NCBI RefSeq assembly: GCF_031580665.1
Contig: NZ_JAVLCD010000003.1
Length of the DNA stretch: 64,000 nt
Reading direction: 5' to 3' (one strand)
DNA from: Pontimonas sp.
Lineage (GTDB): Bacteria; Actinomycetota; Actinomycetes; Actinomycetales; Microbacteriaceae
In this document: positions 35,638 to 44,889 of the stretch, piece by piece
Layout: each line of letters begins with the position of its first letter
Numbering within the stretch: the first letter of the stretch is position 1
The notes under the pieces: model-generated
The model's database searches: none
Told to the model about the DNA's origin: nothing
What the model saw: only the letters and a program-made list of their open reading frames with translations
Made by a program: the position numbers and the translations under genes

Positions 35638-36972
35638 GTGCCCTCACGCCCCCTCGACCGCAGAATTTTTGCGCTGGCCTGGCCCGCGCTCGGTGCGCTC
35701 ATTGCCGAGCCGCTTTTTTTGCTCACCGATACCGCCATGGTCGGACATTTGGGTGGTGAGGCGCTCGCCTCTTTGGGTCTCGCCGGAATCATTTTGCAGA
35801 CACTGGTGGGTCTCCTGATTTTTCTCGCCTACGCGACCACCCCGTTCGTGGCGAGGCGTTTGGGCGCCGGCGATGAACAGGGGGCACTCGCTGCGGGTGT
35901 CGACGGTGTGTGGCTCGCCGTCGTCCTCGGGGTCGTCGTCGCAACAGTCGGTCTGCTCTCTGGACCCACACTCGTGTCCTGGTTTGGCGCAGACGCCATG
36001 GTCAGCCAGGGCGCCACGGATTACCTCGGCATTTCGTGGTGGGGTTTGCCCGGCATGTTGGTCGTGCTGGCGGCGACCGGTGTCCTGCGGGGGTTACAAG
36101 ACACCCTCACCCCGCTGATGGTGGCCCTCGTCGGCTTCAGCGCCAATGCCGCCCTGAACGCCGTCCTCATTTACGGCCTCGGCCTCGGCTTGATCGGCTC
36201 GGCCTGGGGCACGGTCATCGCGCAATGGGCGATGGCGCTGTGGCTCACGGGTGTCGTCATCTCCCGAGCACACCGCGTCGGGGCGAGCCTTCGACCGGGT
36301 AGCGCCGGGGTGCTCCGAGCCGCGCAACTGGGCGGGTGGTTATTTATTCGCACGATGAGCCTGCGGGTAGCCTTCGTCGGCGCGACCGTGGTCGCTACGG
36401 GGCTCGGAACAGACCAACTCGCCGCGTGGCACGTGGCCTTCACCGTCTTTACCCTGATCGCCCTGGCGTTGGATTCTCTGGCGATCGCCTCCCAAGCGCT
36501 CGTCGGCCACCAACTGGGCGCGGGTGATCCGGTCTCGACCCGGCAGGTGGTGTCTCGAACGACCTGGTGGGGTCTGTGGGGCGGCGTCGCACTCGGGGTT
36601 CTTCTGGCCGCAAGCGCCCCCGTGCTGCCGCTGATTGTGACCTCCGATTCCGCCGTCCAGGCCCTCCTGGTTCCCACCCTGCTCGTGCTCGCACTGGCGA
36701 TGCCGCTCGGGGGTTACGTGTTTGTCCTCGACGGGGTGTTGATGGGAGCCGGTGACGGCCGCTACCTGGCGATCACCGGGGTGTTAAACGCCCTGGTCGT
36801 TCTTCCCCTGTTTGGCCTCACCCTCTCCATCGCCGACCTCGCAAGCCCCGCGTGGGTGGGTTTGGCGGCCCTCCAAGCCAGTGTGGGTATTGGCTATTTG
36901 GGGGCCAGAGCGCTCACCCTCGGACTGCGTGTGCGAGGCGATCGTTGGATGGTCTCGGGTGAGCGCGCGTAG
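35638..36972 (+). CDS. MATE family efflux transporter (DinF-like)
   Basis: 444 aa, 12 TM segments, N-terminal IFALAWPALGALIAEPLFLLTDTAMVGHLG. Confidence 0.85.
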   Translation: MPSRPLDRRIFALAWPALGALIAEPLFLLTDTAMVGHLGGEALASLGLAGIILQTLVGLLIFLAYATTPFVARRLGAGDEQGALAAGVDGVWLAVVLGVVVATVGLLSGPTLVSWFGADAMVSQGATDYLGISWWGLPGMLVVLAATGVLRGLQDTLTPLMVALVGFSANAALNAVLIYGLGLGLIGSAWGTVIAQWAMALWLTGVVISRAHRVGASLRPGSAGVLRAAQLGGWLFIRTMSLRVAFVGATVVATGLGTDQLAAWHVAFTVFTLIALALDSLAIASQALVGHQLGAGDPVSTRQVVSRTTWWGLWGGVALGVLLAASAPVLPLIVTSDSAVQALLVPTLLVLALAMPLGGYVFVLDGVLMGAGDGRYLAITGVLNALVVLPLFGLTLSIADLASPAWVGLAALQASVGIGYLGARALTLGLRVRGDRWMVSGERA

Positions 36973-38158
36973 GCCGCCGAGCCTCGCCCTCCGCCGCCGA
37001 CGGCTGGGGGTGTATTGGATTTTCGCCATCAACGGCATCGCCTTTGCCACCTGGATGGCCAGAGTCCCGGGGCTTCGAGACAACCTCGCAATCAGCACCG
37101 CCGAAGTGGGACTGTTCCTCTTGGGTGGCGCGGTGGGCGCGTTGAGCGGACTGGCGCTGTCCTCGCACATCATCGCGTGGCTCGGCAGTAGGCGGACAAT
37201 TGCCTGGTTCGCCCTGCTGTCCCTGGTCGCAATCGGCGGGGTGGGAGTACTCAGTGCAATCTGGCCCTCACTCGCGCTCGCCATGGCCGCGATGTTCGTC
37301 TTCGGGGTAGGAGCGAGCGTCACCGACGTGGCAATGAACGTGGAGGGCGCCGAAGTCGAGCGAGACCTCGAGCGAAACATCATGCCGTGGTTTCACGCCC
37401 TGTTTTCCTTGGGGACCGCGGTCGGCGGCGGGCTGGCCGCCGTCGCCAGCTCGCTATCGATTGGAGTGGAATACCACTTCGTGGCGGTCGCCCTGGTCCT
37501 CGTGGGACCCGTGATGTACAGCGTGCGCCTCATGGGCCACACCAATTCGGGGGCAGACACCGAAGACACTGACCCCGACCAGAGGGGGCTAAAAAGTCGC
37601 CTCTCGGTCTGGGCCGAGGGGCGGACCCTTCTCATCGGTGTGGTCGCCCTCAGCATGGCATTTGCCGAAGGCTCCGCCAACGACTGGCTGGCGTTAGCGA
37701 TGGTCGATGATCGCGGTTACACCAACGCGGAGGGCGCGCTGTGGTTTGTGCTCTTCACCGGCTCGATGACGCTGGGCAGATTTTTGGGTGTTCCACTGCT
37801 CGATCGCTTTGGCCGAGTGCCCATTTTGGCCGGAAGCGGCCTCGCGGCACTGCTGGGTTTAGCCACGGTGATCACTCTCGATGGCCTCGTGGTGGGAGTA
37901 ATGGCCACCATCGCCTGGGGGGTGGGTAGTGCGCTCGGGTTCCCCGTCGCGATGTCCGCGGCGGCCGATGACCCACAACGCGGTGCCGCCCGGGTGAGTG
38001 CGGTGGCGACCATCGCCTACGGCGCCTTTTTGGTCGGTCCGCCACTGATCGGTGGTCTCGCCGAAGCCACTGGAATCCTCACTGCGTTGTGGGTGGTCGC
38101 CGCCGTCATCGCCTTGGGCCTCCTGGCGACACCGGCAACACGGAAGCCCAGCGCCTAA
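36959..38158 (+). CDS. MFS transporter
   Basis: About 399 aa polytopic protein. GTG at 36959 overlaps the MATE gene end by 14 nt. The ORF-track start at 36812 would overlap by 160 nt. Confidence 0.75.
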   Translation: MSARRPPSLALRRRRLGVYWIFAINGIAFATWMARVPGLRDNLAISTAEVGLFLLGGAVGALSGLALSSHIIAWLGSRRTIAWFALLSLVAIGGVGVLSAIWPSLALAMAAMFVFGVGASVTDVAMNVEGAEVERDLERNIMPWFHALFSLGTAVGGGLAAVASSLSIGVEYHFVAVALVLVGPVMYSVRLMGHTNSGADTEDTDPDQRGLKSRLSVWAEGRTLLIGVVALSMAFAEGSANDWLALAMVDDRGYTNAEGALWFVLFTGSMTLGRFLGVPLLDRFGRVPILAGSGLAALLGLATVITLDGLVVGVMATIAWGVGSALGFPVAMSAAADDPQRGAARVSAVATIAYGAFLVGPPLIGGLAEATGILTALWVVAAVIALGLLATPATRKPSA

Positions 38159-38168
38159 ACTCAGGCAG

Positions 38169-38864
38169 GTGAGAGTGCTCGTCGCCACCTGCAGTGTGGA
38201 TTACGCCGGTCGGCTCCACGCCCACCTCCCGCTCGCCACCAGGCTCATCATCGCCAAAAAAGACGGCAGTGTGCTCATCCACTCCGATGGCGGCAGTTAT
38301 AAACCGCTCAATTGGATGGCACCACCCTGTGACGTGAGTGTCATCACCCCCGATGCGGATCAGCTGGCTGCCGGGGTGAGCGAAGTGTGGCGGGTGACCC
38401 ACCAGAAAACGGCAGACCTACTGATCCTCAGCATTCACGCCATCCACACCGAAGTGGAACACGATTTGGGTGAGGATCCGGGCCTGGTCAAACAGGGGGT
38501 TGAGGCGGACCTGCAGCGCCTGGTCGCACAACAGTTGGAGGTCATCGGTCAGGGCCTGGAGCTCGTGCGGCGAGAGTTTCCGACCGCGATTGGACCCGTC
38601 GACGTGCTCGCTCGGGCACCAGAGGGGGGAACGGTCGCGATTGAAATCAAACGTCGCGGCGATATCGACGGGGTGGAACAGCTGACGCGCTATCTGGAAT
38701 TGCTCAAACGAGACCCCCACCTGCGTCCCGTCCGGGGCGTCTTTGCCGCCCAAGAAATCAGCCCGCAAGCCAAAACCCTCGCCGCCGACCGCGACATCGA
38801 CTGCGTGGTGTTGGACTACCAGGCCCTACAGGAGACCGATATTCCCGAAAACCGGCTGTTCTAG
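38169..38864 (+). CDS. nucS: Endonuclease NucS (EndoMS), mismatch-specific nuclease
   Basis: VRVLVATCSVDYAGRL N-terminus, RecB-like nuclease core (DVLARAPEGGTVAIEIKRR) and C-terminal ...ENRLF. Confidence 0.85.
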   Translation: MRVLVATCSVDYAGRLHAHLPLATRLIIAKKDGSVLIHSDGGSYKPLNWMAPPCDVSVITPDADQLAAGVSEVWRVTHQKTADLLILSIHAIHTEVEHDLGEDPGLVKQGVEADLQRLVAQQLEVIGQGLELVRREFPTAIGPVDVLARAPEGGTVAIEIKRRGDIDGVEQLTRYLELLKRDPHLRPVRGVFAAQEISPQAKTLAADRDIDCVVLDYQALQETDIPENRLF

Positions 38865-38900
38865 CCGGAGTCCACAGCGGCGACTGGGTACGCTCAATCT

Positions 38901-39581
38901 GTGAGTGACTACGACACCATCCTGTTAGACCTCGATGGCACCCTGATCGATAGCGCTCCGGGCATCACCCAATCGATTGCCCACACGCTGCGCACCATGG
39001 GTCGACCCGTGCCGCCCATGTCAGAGCTCCTGCACTGGGTCGGACCCCCACTCCCGCAGTCTTTTTCCCGCCTGGCCGGACTCGATCCGCGTGGCGTCGA
39101 CGAAGCCATCGAGATTTATCGACAGCAGTACCTGAACGTTGGTGCCTACGATTCAAGACTCTTTGACGGCACCGGTGCGCTGCTTCGCGACCTCAAAGAT
39201 CAGGGCCGCCACCTGGCACTCGCGACATCAAAACCCTGGACCCCCGCGGTGTTGATGCTCGAGCACTTCACCCTCGTTCCCTTCTTTGACGTGATCGCCA
39301 CCGCAGCTGACGATGAAAGCCGCGGGGCGAAACACGAGGTGATTGAAGATGCCCTCGCCGGGCTTCGCGAAAAAGGACTGCCGACCGACTCCATGGTGAT
39401 GGTCGGCGATCGAATCCACGACGTGGAGGGAGCGCGCAGCCACGGGATGGATACGGCGATCGTGCAGTGGGGGTATGGCACCCCAGAAGAGTGGGATACC
39501 GCTCGCCACCAGATTTCTACGCCGCGCCAACTGCGCCAATTGCTCGGTTTGCCCGCGCAGTTCGAACACACAGTCGGGTGA
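38901..39581 (+). CDS. HAD family hydrolase (phosphoglycolate-phosphatase-like)
   Basis: Motif I LLDLDGTLIDS, motif II ATSK, motif IV VGDRIHDVEGA. Confidence 0.8.
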   Translation: MSDYDTILLDLDGTLIDSAPGITQSIAHTLRTMGRPVPPMSELLHWVGPPLPQSFSRLAGLDPRGVDEAIEIYRQQYLNVGAYDSRLFDGTGALLRDLKDQGRHLALATSKPWTPAVLMLEHFTLVPFFDVIATAADDESRGAKHEVIEDALAGLREKGLPTDSMVMVGDRIHDVEGARSHGMDTAIVQWGYGTPEEWDTARHQISTPRQLRQLLGLPAQFEHTVG

Positions 39582-39619
39582 TGAAGCCCCCCTCCAGGCC
39601 CGCCAACTAGCATCGGGCC

Positions 39620-40201
39620 ATGCCACCCAACTGGGACGACCCGGACGATCTTCCCCTTCGGTTTGTCGTGCCCGAGGGGTGGCGCACTCCCGCGCCGCAG
39701 TGGATCTCGCTCCACCAAGGATTCATGCCGCCGCCCGACTGGCAGCCCTACCCTGACGCCCCGGCTATTCCCGAGAACTGGCCCTGGTGGGAAGAAAACG
39801 GCTCCTCCTGGTACACCTTCTTTCGCTACCACGCACCGCCGCCCAGCCGGGAGCTCGGCTGGTGGTTTGCCCTCGGGGCGGCCGGGCTCTTCACCCTCAC
39901 GGTCTCCCCTTTTGCCCTCGGCTTTCCCACCGCGTTCATCCCCGGGGGTCTGGCCCTCGTGGCCCTGGTCCTGGGGCTTCGAGGAATTGTGAACACCCTG
40001 CGAAAGAGCACCCACTGGGTGGGCAACGATCCGATGGATCGGGTGCGCAGGTGGTCGGATGAGAGGCGAGAGGCTTTTTTTGACCGCGCCTACGACCGGC
40101 ACCGACGCACCAGCAGCGATGAGCAACCCCGGCCAGAATTTGAGGCGGCTATGCAGCGGCGGTGGTGGCGCGAAACCTCCGCAAGCGAAGAGAGTTCGTG
40201 A
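39620..40201 (+). CDS. Hypothetical membrane protein with a Trp/Pro-rich N-terminal region
   Basis: Repeated P-x-x-W motifs (PPNW, PEGW, PPDW, PENW) followed by two TM segments. The 3' end overlaps the copA 3' end by 53 nt. Confidence 0.5.
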   Translation: MPPNWDDPDDLPLRFVVPEGWRTPAPQWISLHQGFMPPPDWQPYPDAPAIPENWPWWEENGSSWYTFFRYHAPPPSRELGWWFALGAAGLFTLTVSPFALGFPTAFIPGGLALVALVLGLRGIVNTLRKSTHWVGNDPMDRVRRWSDERREAFFDRAYDRHRRTSSDEQPRPEFEAAMQRRWWRETSASEESS

Positions 40202-42398
40202 CCACAAACACCGACGAGAACGCCATTGCTGCACCGGCGATGAGGGGGTTTAATACCCCTCCCACAGCCAACGGGATCGCGACGACGTTGTAGGCAAAGG
40301 CCCAAAACAGGTTCCCCCGAATGGTCCCCAGCGTTTTACTCGCCAGGGCCAGCGCGGTCGGCACCTGTTCGATATCACCCCGGGTGATGGTGATATCCCC
40401 GGCCGACATCGCTTGGTCGGTTCCACTCCCCAGCGCGATTCCCACATTCGCCGTCGCGAGCGCGGGGGCATCGTTGATGCCATCGCCGACCATGGCGACC
40501 CGGTGCCCTTCGTCTTGCAGGGCGGTGACCGCCTGCACTTTCCCCTCCGGACTCACCCCCGCGATGACGCGGTCAATTCCTAGCTGACCGGCGACGTGCT
40601 CGGCCGGCCCCTGGCTATCGCCGGTGAGCAAGACCACCTGCAGGCCCCGGTTGTGAAGCGCGGTAATAGTCGCCTGGGCCTGCACTTTGGGCTCATCGGA
40701 GAGGTAGACCCCACCCCAGAGTTCGCCGTCGACGGCCAGCCACACGGCGGTGTAGGCATCGAGGCGCTCGTCGTAAAAAGCCTCCGCGAGCTCGTCGGGA
40801 ACGACCAGCTCTCCTGCGGCTAACCACGATGAGCGTCCCACCTGGACGCTGTGGCCATCAATGGTGCCACTCACCCCGAAGCCCGCGTCCGCAGCGGCCT
40901 GTTCGACCGACACCACGGTGGCCGCAGGCGCGTGGGCGACGAGGGCCTGGGCGATGGGGTGGCTGGAGGTCGACTCCACACTCACGAGATACGACCAAAA
41001 GTCGTCGCGTCGCGCGTGCCAGACGACACTGTGGCTGACGCTCATCGAGCCGGTCGTGAGCGTTCCGGTTTTATCGAGAACCACCGTGTCGACGTGACGG
41101 CTCGCCTCCAAGGCTTCAGGCCCGGAGAGCAAGATGCCCAACTCCGCGCCGCGACCGGTTCCCGCGAGCAGCGCGGTCGGTGTCGCAAGCCCGAGCGCGC
41201 AGGGACAGGCGATAATCAGTGTCGCCACGGCGGCCCGGAACGCCCACTCCGCTGACGGGCCAAAAACCAACCAGCCGATCAGGGTGAGGATGGATAAGAC
41301 AATGACGATGGGAACAAACACGCCAGAGATTTGATCGGCCAAGCGCTGGGCGCGCGCTTTACCGTTTTGCGCCCGCTCCACAATCGTCGCCATTCGCGCC
41401 AGGTGTGTATCCGCACCCACCCGGGTGGCCTCCATCACTAAGCGCCCGTGCGCATTAATGGTGCCGCCGATGACACTCGCCCCGGGCTGCACTTCGACCG
41501 GCACGGACTCACCGGTGACCAAAGACTGGTCGACCGCGGACGAACCCTCGACAACGGTGCCGTCCGTGGGAATCCGGTCTCCTGGCCGCACCACACAGCG
41601 CGAGCCGACCGCGAGTTGATCGATCGGAACGACCGTCTCAATATCGATGCTTCCCTCGGGTCCGGGGACCTCGCGCAGGACCCTCGCTTCGGCCACCCCG
41701 GCTTCGAGCAGCGACGCCAACGCTTTACCGGCGTCTCGTTTGGCCCGGGTTTCCAGGTATCGGCCCAGCAGGATGAAGGTGGTCACCGCGGCGGCCACTT
41801 CTAAATAGATTTCGTTGCCGATTTGGTCCGGTGGGGCGAAAAGGTGCATCGACATGGTCATGCCGATTTCGCCCGCACCCCCGAGAATCAGGGCGTAGAG
41901 AGACCAGAAGCTCGCCGCGAGCACCCCAATCGACACCAGGGTGTCCATGGTCGCTTGGCCGTGTTTTGCGTTGACCCAGGCAGAGCGGTGAAATGGCCAG
42001 GCTCCCCAGGTGGCAACCGGCGCGGCCAGAGCCAAGACAACCCACTGCCAGCCGGGAAACTGCACCGGGGGCACCATGCTGAGGACGACAACGGGCAGGG
42101 TGAATATCGAGGAAATCAGCACCCGGCGGCGCAGCGCGGCGACCTTATCGGGCTTGGGTGGACTCTCTGCGCTGTGCGCACGCGCCTTGTAACCGGATTT
42201 TTCGACCTGTTCGACCAGGGCCGACACGTCGGGTTCGCTCGCCCAGATAGTGGCTTTTTCGGTGGCGTAGTTGACCGTGGCGGTCACACCGGGGACGTTG
42301 TTGAGCCCTTTTTCGACCCGTTGCGCGCAGGACGCACAGGTCATGCCGTCAATATCTAATTGGATGGAGTGGCTGGAGTCTGGAGTAGTGAGACTCAC
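40149..42398 (-). CDS. copA: Copper-translocating P1B-type ATPase
   Basis: N-terminal HMA domain GMTCASCAQRVE, TM CPC motif (IIACPCALGLATP), DKTGTLT phosphorylation site, GDGINDAP. Confidence 0.92.
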   Translation of the reverse strand: MSLTTPDSSHSIQLDIDGMTCASCAQRVEKGLNNVPGVTATVNYATEKATIWASEPDVSALVEQVEKSGYKARAHSAESPPKPDKVAALRRRVLISSIFTLPVVVLSMVPPVQFPGWQWVVLALAAPVATWGAWPFHRSAWVNAKHGQATMDTLVSIGVLAASFWSLYALILGGAGEIGMTMSMHLFAPPDQIGNEIYLEVAAAVTTFILLGRYLETRAKRDAGKALASLLEAGVAEARVLREVPGPEGSIDIETVVPIDQLAVGSRCVVRPGDRIPTDGTVVEGSSAVDQSLVTGESVPVEVQPGASVIGGTINAHGRLVMEATRVGADTHLARMATIVERAQNGKARAQRLADQISGVFVPIVIVLSILTLIGWLVFGPSAEWAFRAAVATLIIACPCALGLATPTALLAGTGRGAELGILLSGPEALEASRHVDTVVLDKTGTLTTGSMSVSHSVVWHARRDDFWSYLVSVESTSSHPIAQALVAHAPAATVVSVEQAAADAGFGVSGTIDGHSVQVGRSSWLAAGELVVPDELAEAFYDERLDAYTAVWLAVDGELWGGVYLSDEPKVQAQATITALHNRGLQVVLLTGDSQGPAEHVAGQLGIDRVIAGVSPEGKVQAVTALQDEGHRVAMVGDGINDAPALATANVGIALGSGTDQAMSAGDITITRGDIEQVPTALALASKTLGTIRGNLFWAFAYNVVAIPLAVGGVLNPLIAGAAMAFSSVFVVTNSLRLRRFRATTAAA

Positions 42399-42625
42399 GA
42401 GTTCTCCGTGACCGCCTCAAGGGTGTAGCCCTCGGTGGCGACCGCTTGAGCGACGTCTGCCAACAGGTCCCCGCCCGAGTGGGTGACCCGCACCGTCGAG
42501 CGACCCGTCGGGTCCAAATCGACGTCTACCGATTCGACACCACCCAGGGCCCCTACCGCGCCGGAGACACTACCCACGCAGTGATCACAGGTCATTCCCG
42601 ATACTTCAACGACAAGGGTGCTCAT
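42395..42625 (-). CDS. copZ: Heavy-metal-associated copper chaperone
   Basis: GMTCDHCV motif. AAAGGAGAAC RBS before ATG at 42625. 4-nt overlap with the copA start. Confidence 0.85.
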   Translation of the reverse strand: MSTLVVEVSGMTCDHCVGSVSGAVGALGGVESVDVDLDPTGRSTVRVTHSGGDLLADVAQAVATEGYTLEAVTENS

Positions 42626-42903
42626 AGTGTTCTCCTTTACCCCGTGATGACCTACTGCGTCTCGCGCGTGAACGTGAGCGAAGCATTGGCCGTGGTTCAA
42701 CTAGCGCTGACTCAACTGACCGTGTCTTATTTTTCTATGTCTTATTGTGCCAACAGCAACCCCGCCCACAGTATTCCCGGCGGCGACTCGCAGCCACACA
42801 GAACAAGCCAGTGTCGCCTTATGCCTCCCACCCCTCATTTCCCTGGGTGTTAATTACCGTGGGCGTTGATGCCACTCACAGCCAGTCGTTCCACCATGGG
42901 GAC

Positions 42904-44514
42904 ATGTCCCAGACGATGACCCCCGCCCGTGATCAAGGGCCGGGAGAACCCCGGCCGGAAGAACCTGTCGAACCGGGCCGGCTGCTTTCGGGGGCGGTGG
43001 TCCTCGAATCTGTCCGATCCTCTCTGGTCTGCTCCAGTGACGACACCGTCGACGTGCGATCACCCCTCACCGGTGAGGTGTGGCTTTCGCTACCCCAATC
43101 GACCCCCGCGGACGTGCGGGAAACGGCCGCGAGGGCGCGGGCCGCGCAGCGCGAGTGGGCAGCCCGTCCTCTGCACGAGCGCACCAGAGTCGCCAGGCGG
43201 CTTCACGCGCTGATTCTTGACCGGGCAGAAGACATTGCGGACATCATCGGGATGGAGACGGGGAAGGCCAGACGCAGCGCCATCGAAGAAGTCTCCGATG
43301 TGGCCATGACCGCGCTCTATTACGCGAAAAATGCCAAGCGCCACCTCGGTCCGCACCGACGAAAAGCCGGTTTTCCGCTCCTGACCCACACGGTGGAACA
43401 GTCTGTTCCCAAAGGCCTGGTGGGAATGATTACGCCGTGGAATTACCCGCTCACGATCCCCGTTTCCGACGCCATTGCCGCCCTGCTCGCGGGTAATGCC
43501 GTCGTGATTAAGCCCGACACCCAGACGACTCTCAGTGCACTGTGGGGAATCGAGCTCGCCGTGGAGGCGGGACTCCCCAGAGACCTTTTTCTCGCCGTGA
43601 CGGGAAACCCCGCCGAGATTGGCGAGGCGCTCATTACCGAATCCGACTACGTCGCCTTCACCGGTTCAACGGCCACCGGCACGCTCGTGGCGACCGAGTG
43701 CGCCAAGCGCCTGATCGGCTGCAGTGCGGAACTGGGCGGGAAAAATCCCATGATTGTCTTGCCCGACGCCCCGCTCGACCGGGCGGCGAAAAGTATCGTC
43801 CAATCCGCGTTTTCTAACGCCGGCCAGCTGTGTATGAGTATCGAGCGCATTTACGTCCACCGCGACGTGTTCGACGACTTTCTCCACCGCGCCATGGAGA
43901 CCATCAACTCCCTCACCCTGGGTGTGGGGCTCCACTACGAGTTTGACGTCGGTTCGCTCATCTCGCAGGAACAGCTGGAGCGCGTCCGCGCTCACCTCGA
44001 CGACGCCGTAGACCGCGGGGCCACGGTGCACGTGGGCGGAAATCACCGTCCAGACATTGGCCCCTACGTGTTTGAGCCCACGCTGCTCACCGGTGTTGAT
44101 GAGTCGATGGCGCTGTGCCGGGAGGAAACCTTCGGCCCCGTCATTGCCCTCTACCCGGTGGACTCGGATGCAGAAGCGGTGGCCCGGGCAAACGATTCCG
44201 ACTACGGCTTAAACGCGAGCGTGTGGGGCCAAGTCTCAAGAGCTACTCCCGTCGCCCACCAGATCGAAGCCGGCAGTGTCAACATCAATGAAGGCTTCAC
44301 CGCCACCTGGACTTCTCACGACGCCCCAATGGGCGGATTTAAACGCTCGGGACTTGGTCGTCGACACGGCCGCGAAGGCATCACCCGTTTCACCGAGTCT
44401 CGCACGGTGTCCACCCAGCGCCTGATGAATATCGACCGTCCGGAGACGATGAGCAATAGAGACTTTGCGAAGCTCATGATCCGAGGCCTCCGCCTGCTTC
44501 GACGCTTACCGTAA
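42904..44514 (+). CDS. NAD(P)-dependent aldehyde dehydrogenase (succinate-semialdehyde dehydrogenase GabD2-like)
   Basis: ELGGKNP general-base Glu motif, FSNAGQLCMSIER catalytic Cys, EETFGPV. Trimmed to ATG at 42904. Confidence 0.85.
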   Translation: MSQTMTPARDQGPGEPRPEEPVEPGRLLSGAVVLESVRSSLVCSSDDTVDVRSPLTGEVWLSLPQSTPADVRETAARARAAQREWAARPLHERTRVARRLHALILDRAEDIADIIGMETGKARRSAIEEVSDVAMTALYYAKNAKRHLGPHRRKAGFPLLTHTVEQSVPKGLVGMITPWNYPLTIPVSDAIAALLAGNAVVIKPDTQTTLSALWGIELAVEAGLPRDLFLAVTGNPAEIGEALITESDYVAFTGSTATGTLVATECAKRLIGCSAELGGKNPMIVLPDAPLDRAAKSIVQSAFSNAGQLCMSIERIYVHRDVFDDFLHRAMETINSLTLGVGLHYEFDVGSLISQEQLERVRAHLDDAVDRGATVHVGGNHRPDIGPYVFEPTLLTGVDESMALCREETFGPVIALYPVDSDAEAVARANDSDYGLNASVWGQVSRATPVAHQIEAGSVNINEGFTATWTSHDAPMGGFKRSGLGRRHGREGITRFTESRTVSTQRLMNIDRPETMSNRDFAKLMIRGLRLLRRLP

Positions 44515-44559
44515 GCCTCCTATCTCACCTTTAGTTGGACTAAAGGTGAGATAGGAGGC
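44515..44559 (+). terminator. Perfect 19-bp stem hairpin (gcctcctatctcaccttta-gttggac-taaaggtgagataggaggc) followed by TTTA
   Basis: Starts 1 nt after the ALDH stop codon. It lies between convergent ALDH and tRNA-Leu genes. Confidence 0.7.
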
Positions 44560-44651
44560 TTTACCTCCCACTTAGAGGCACACATAAACCACTAGGTGGG
44601 CCGAGAGGGGTGAGGCCTCAGAATAAGTATCCCGAAGGGTATGTTCACTTG

Positions 44652-44735
44652 TGCGCGAGGGGGGACTTGAACCCCCACGCCCTTGCGGGCACTGGCACCT
44701 GAAGCCAGCGCGTCTGCCAATTCCGCCACTCGCGC
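44652..44735 (-). tRNA. tRNA-Leu (anticodon CAG), long variable arm
   Basis: Reverse complement GCGCGAG...CTGGC-TTCAGGT-GCCAG...GGGGGTTCAAGTCCCCC-CTCGCGC-A. Confidence 0.9.
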
Positions 44736-44889
44736 GTGAGGCCAACCGCCGTGGTTGACAGGCTGAGAGTAGCACAGGGCACCGGTGTCACACCGGGCCG
44801 GCCAACGGGCTCGCCACCGGTCCGACTCCCACAAATTGTTCCCCCCAGCGGGCTACCATCGAGGGCACACCACCGCGTCCGGAGGAATC

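Noticed and set aside
42626-42760. CsoR/CopY/CueR operator upstream of copZ.
   Set aside because: I found no TACCC-N-GGGTA-type pseudo-palindrome, TACAnnTGTA box or 19-bp-spacer MerR promoter. Only weak direct repeats are present, so no operator is claimed.
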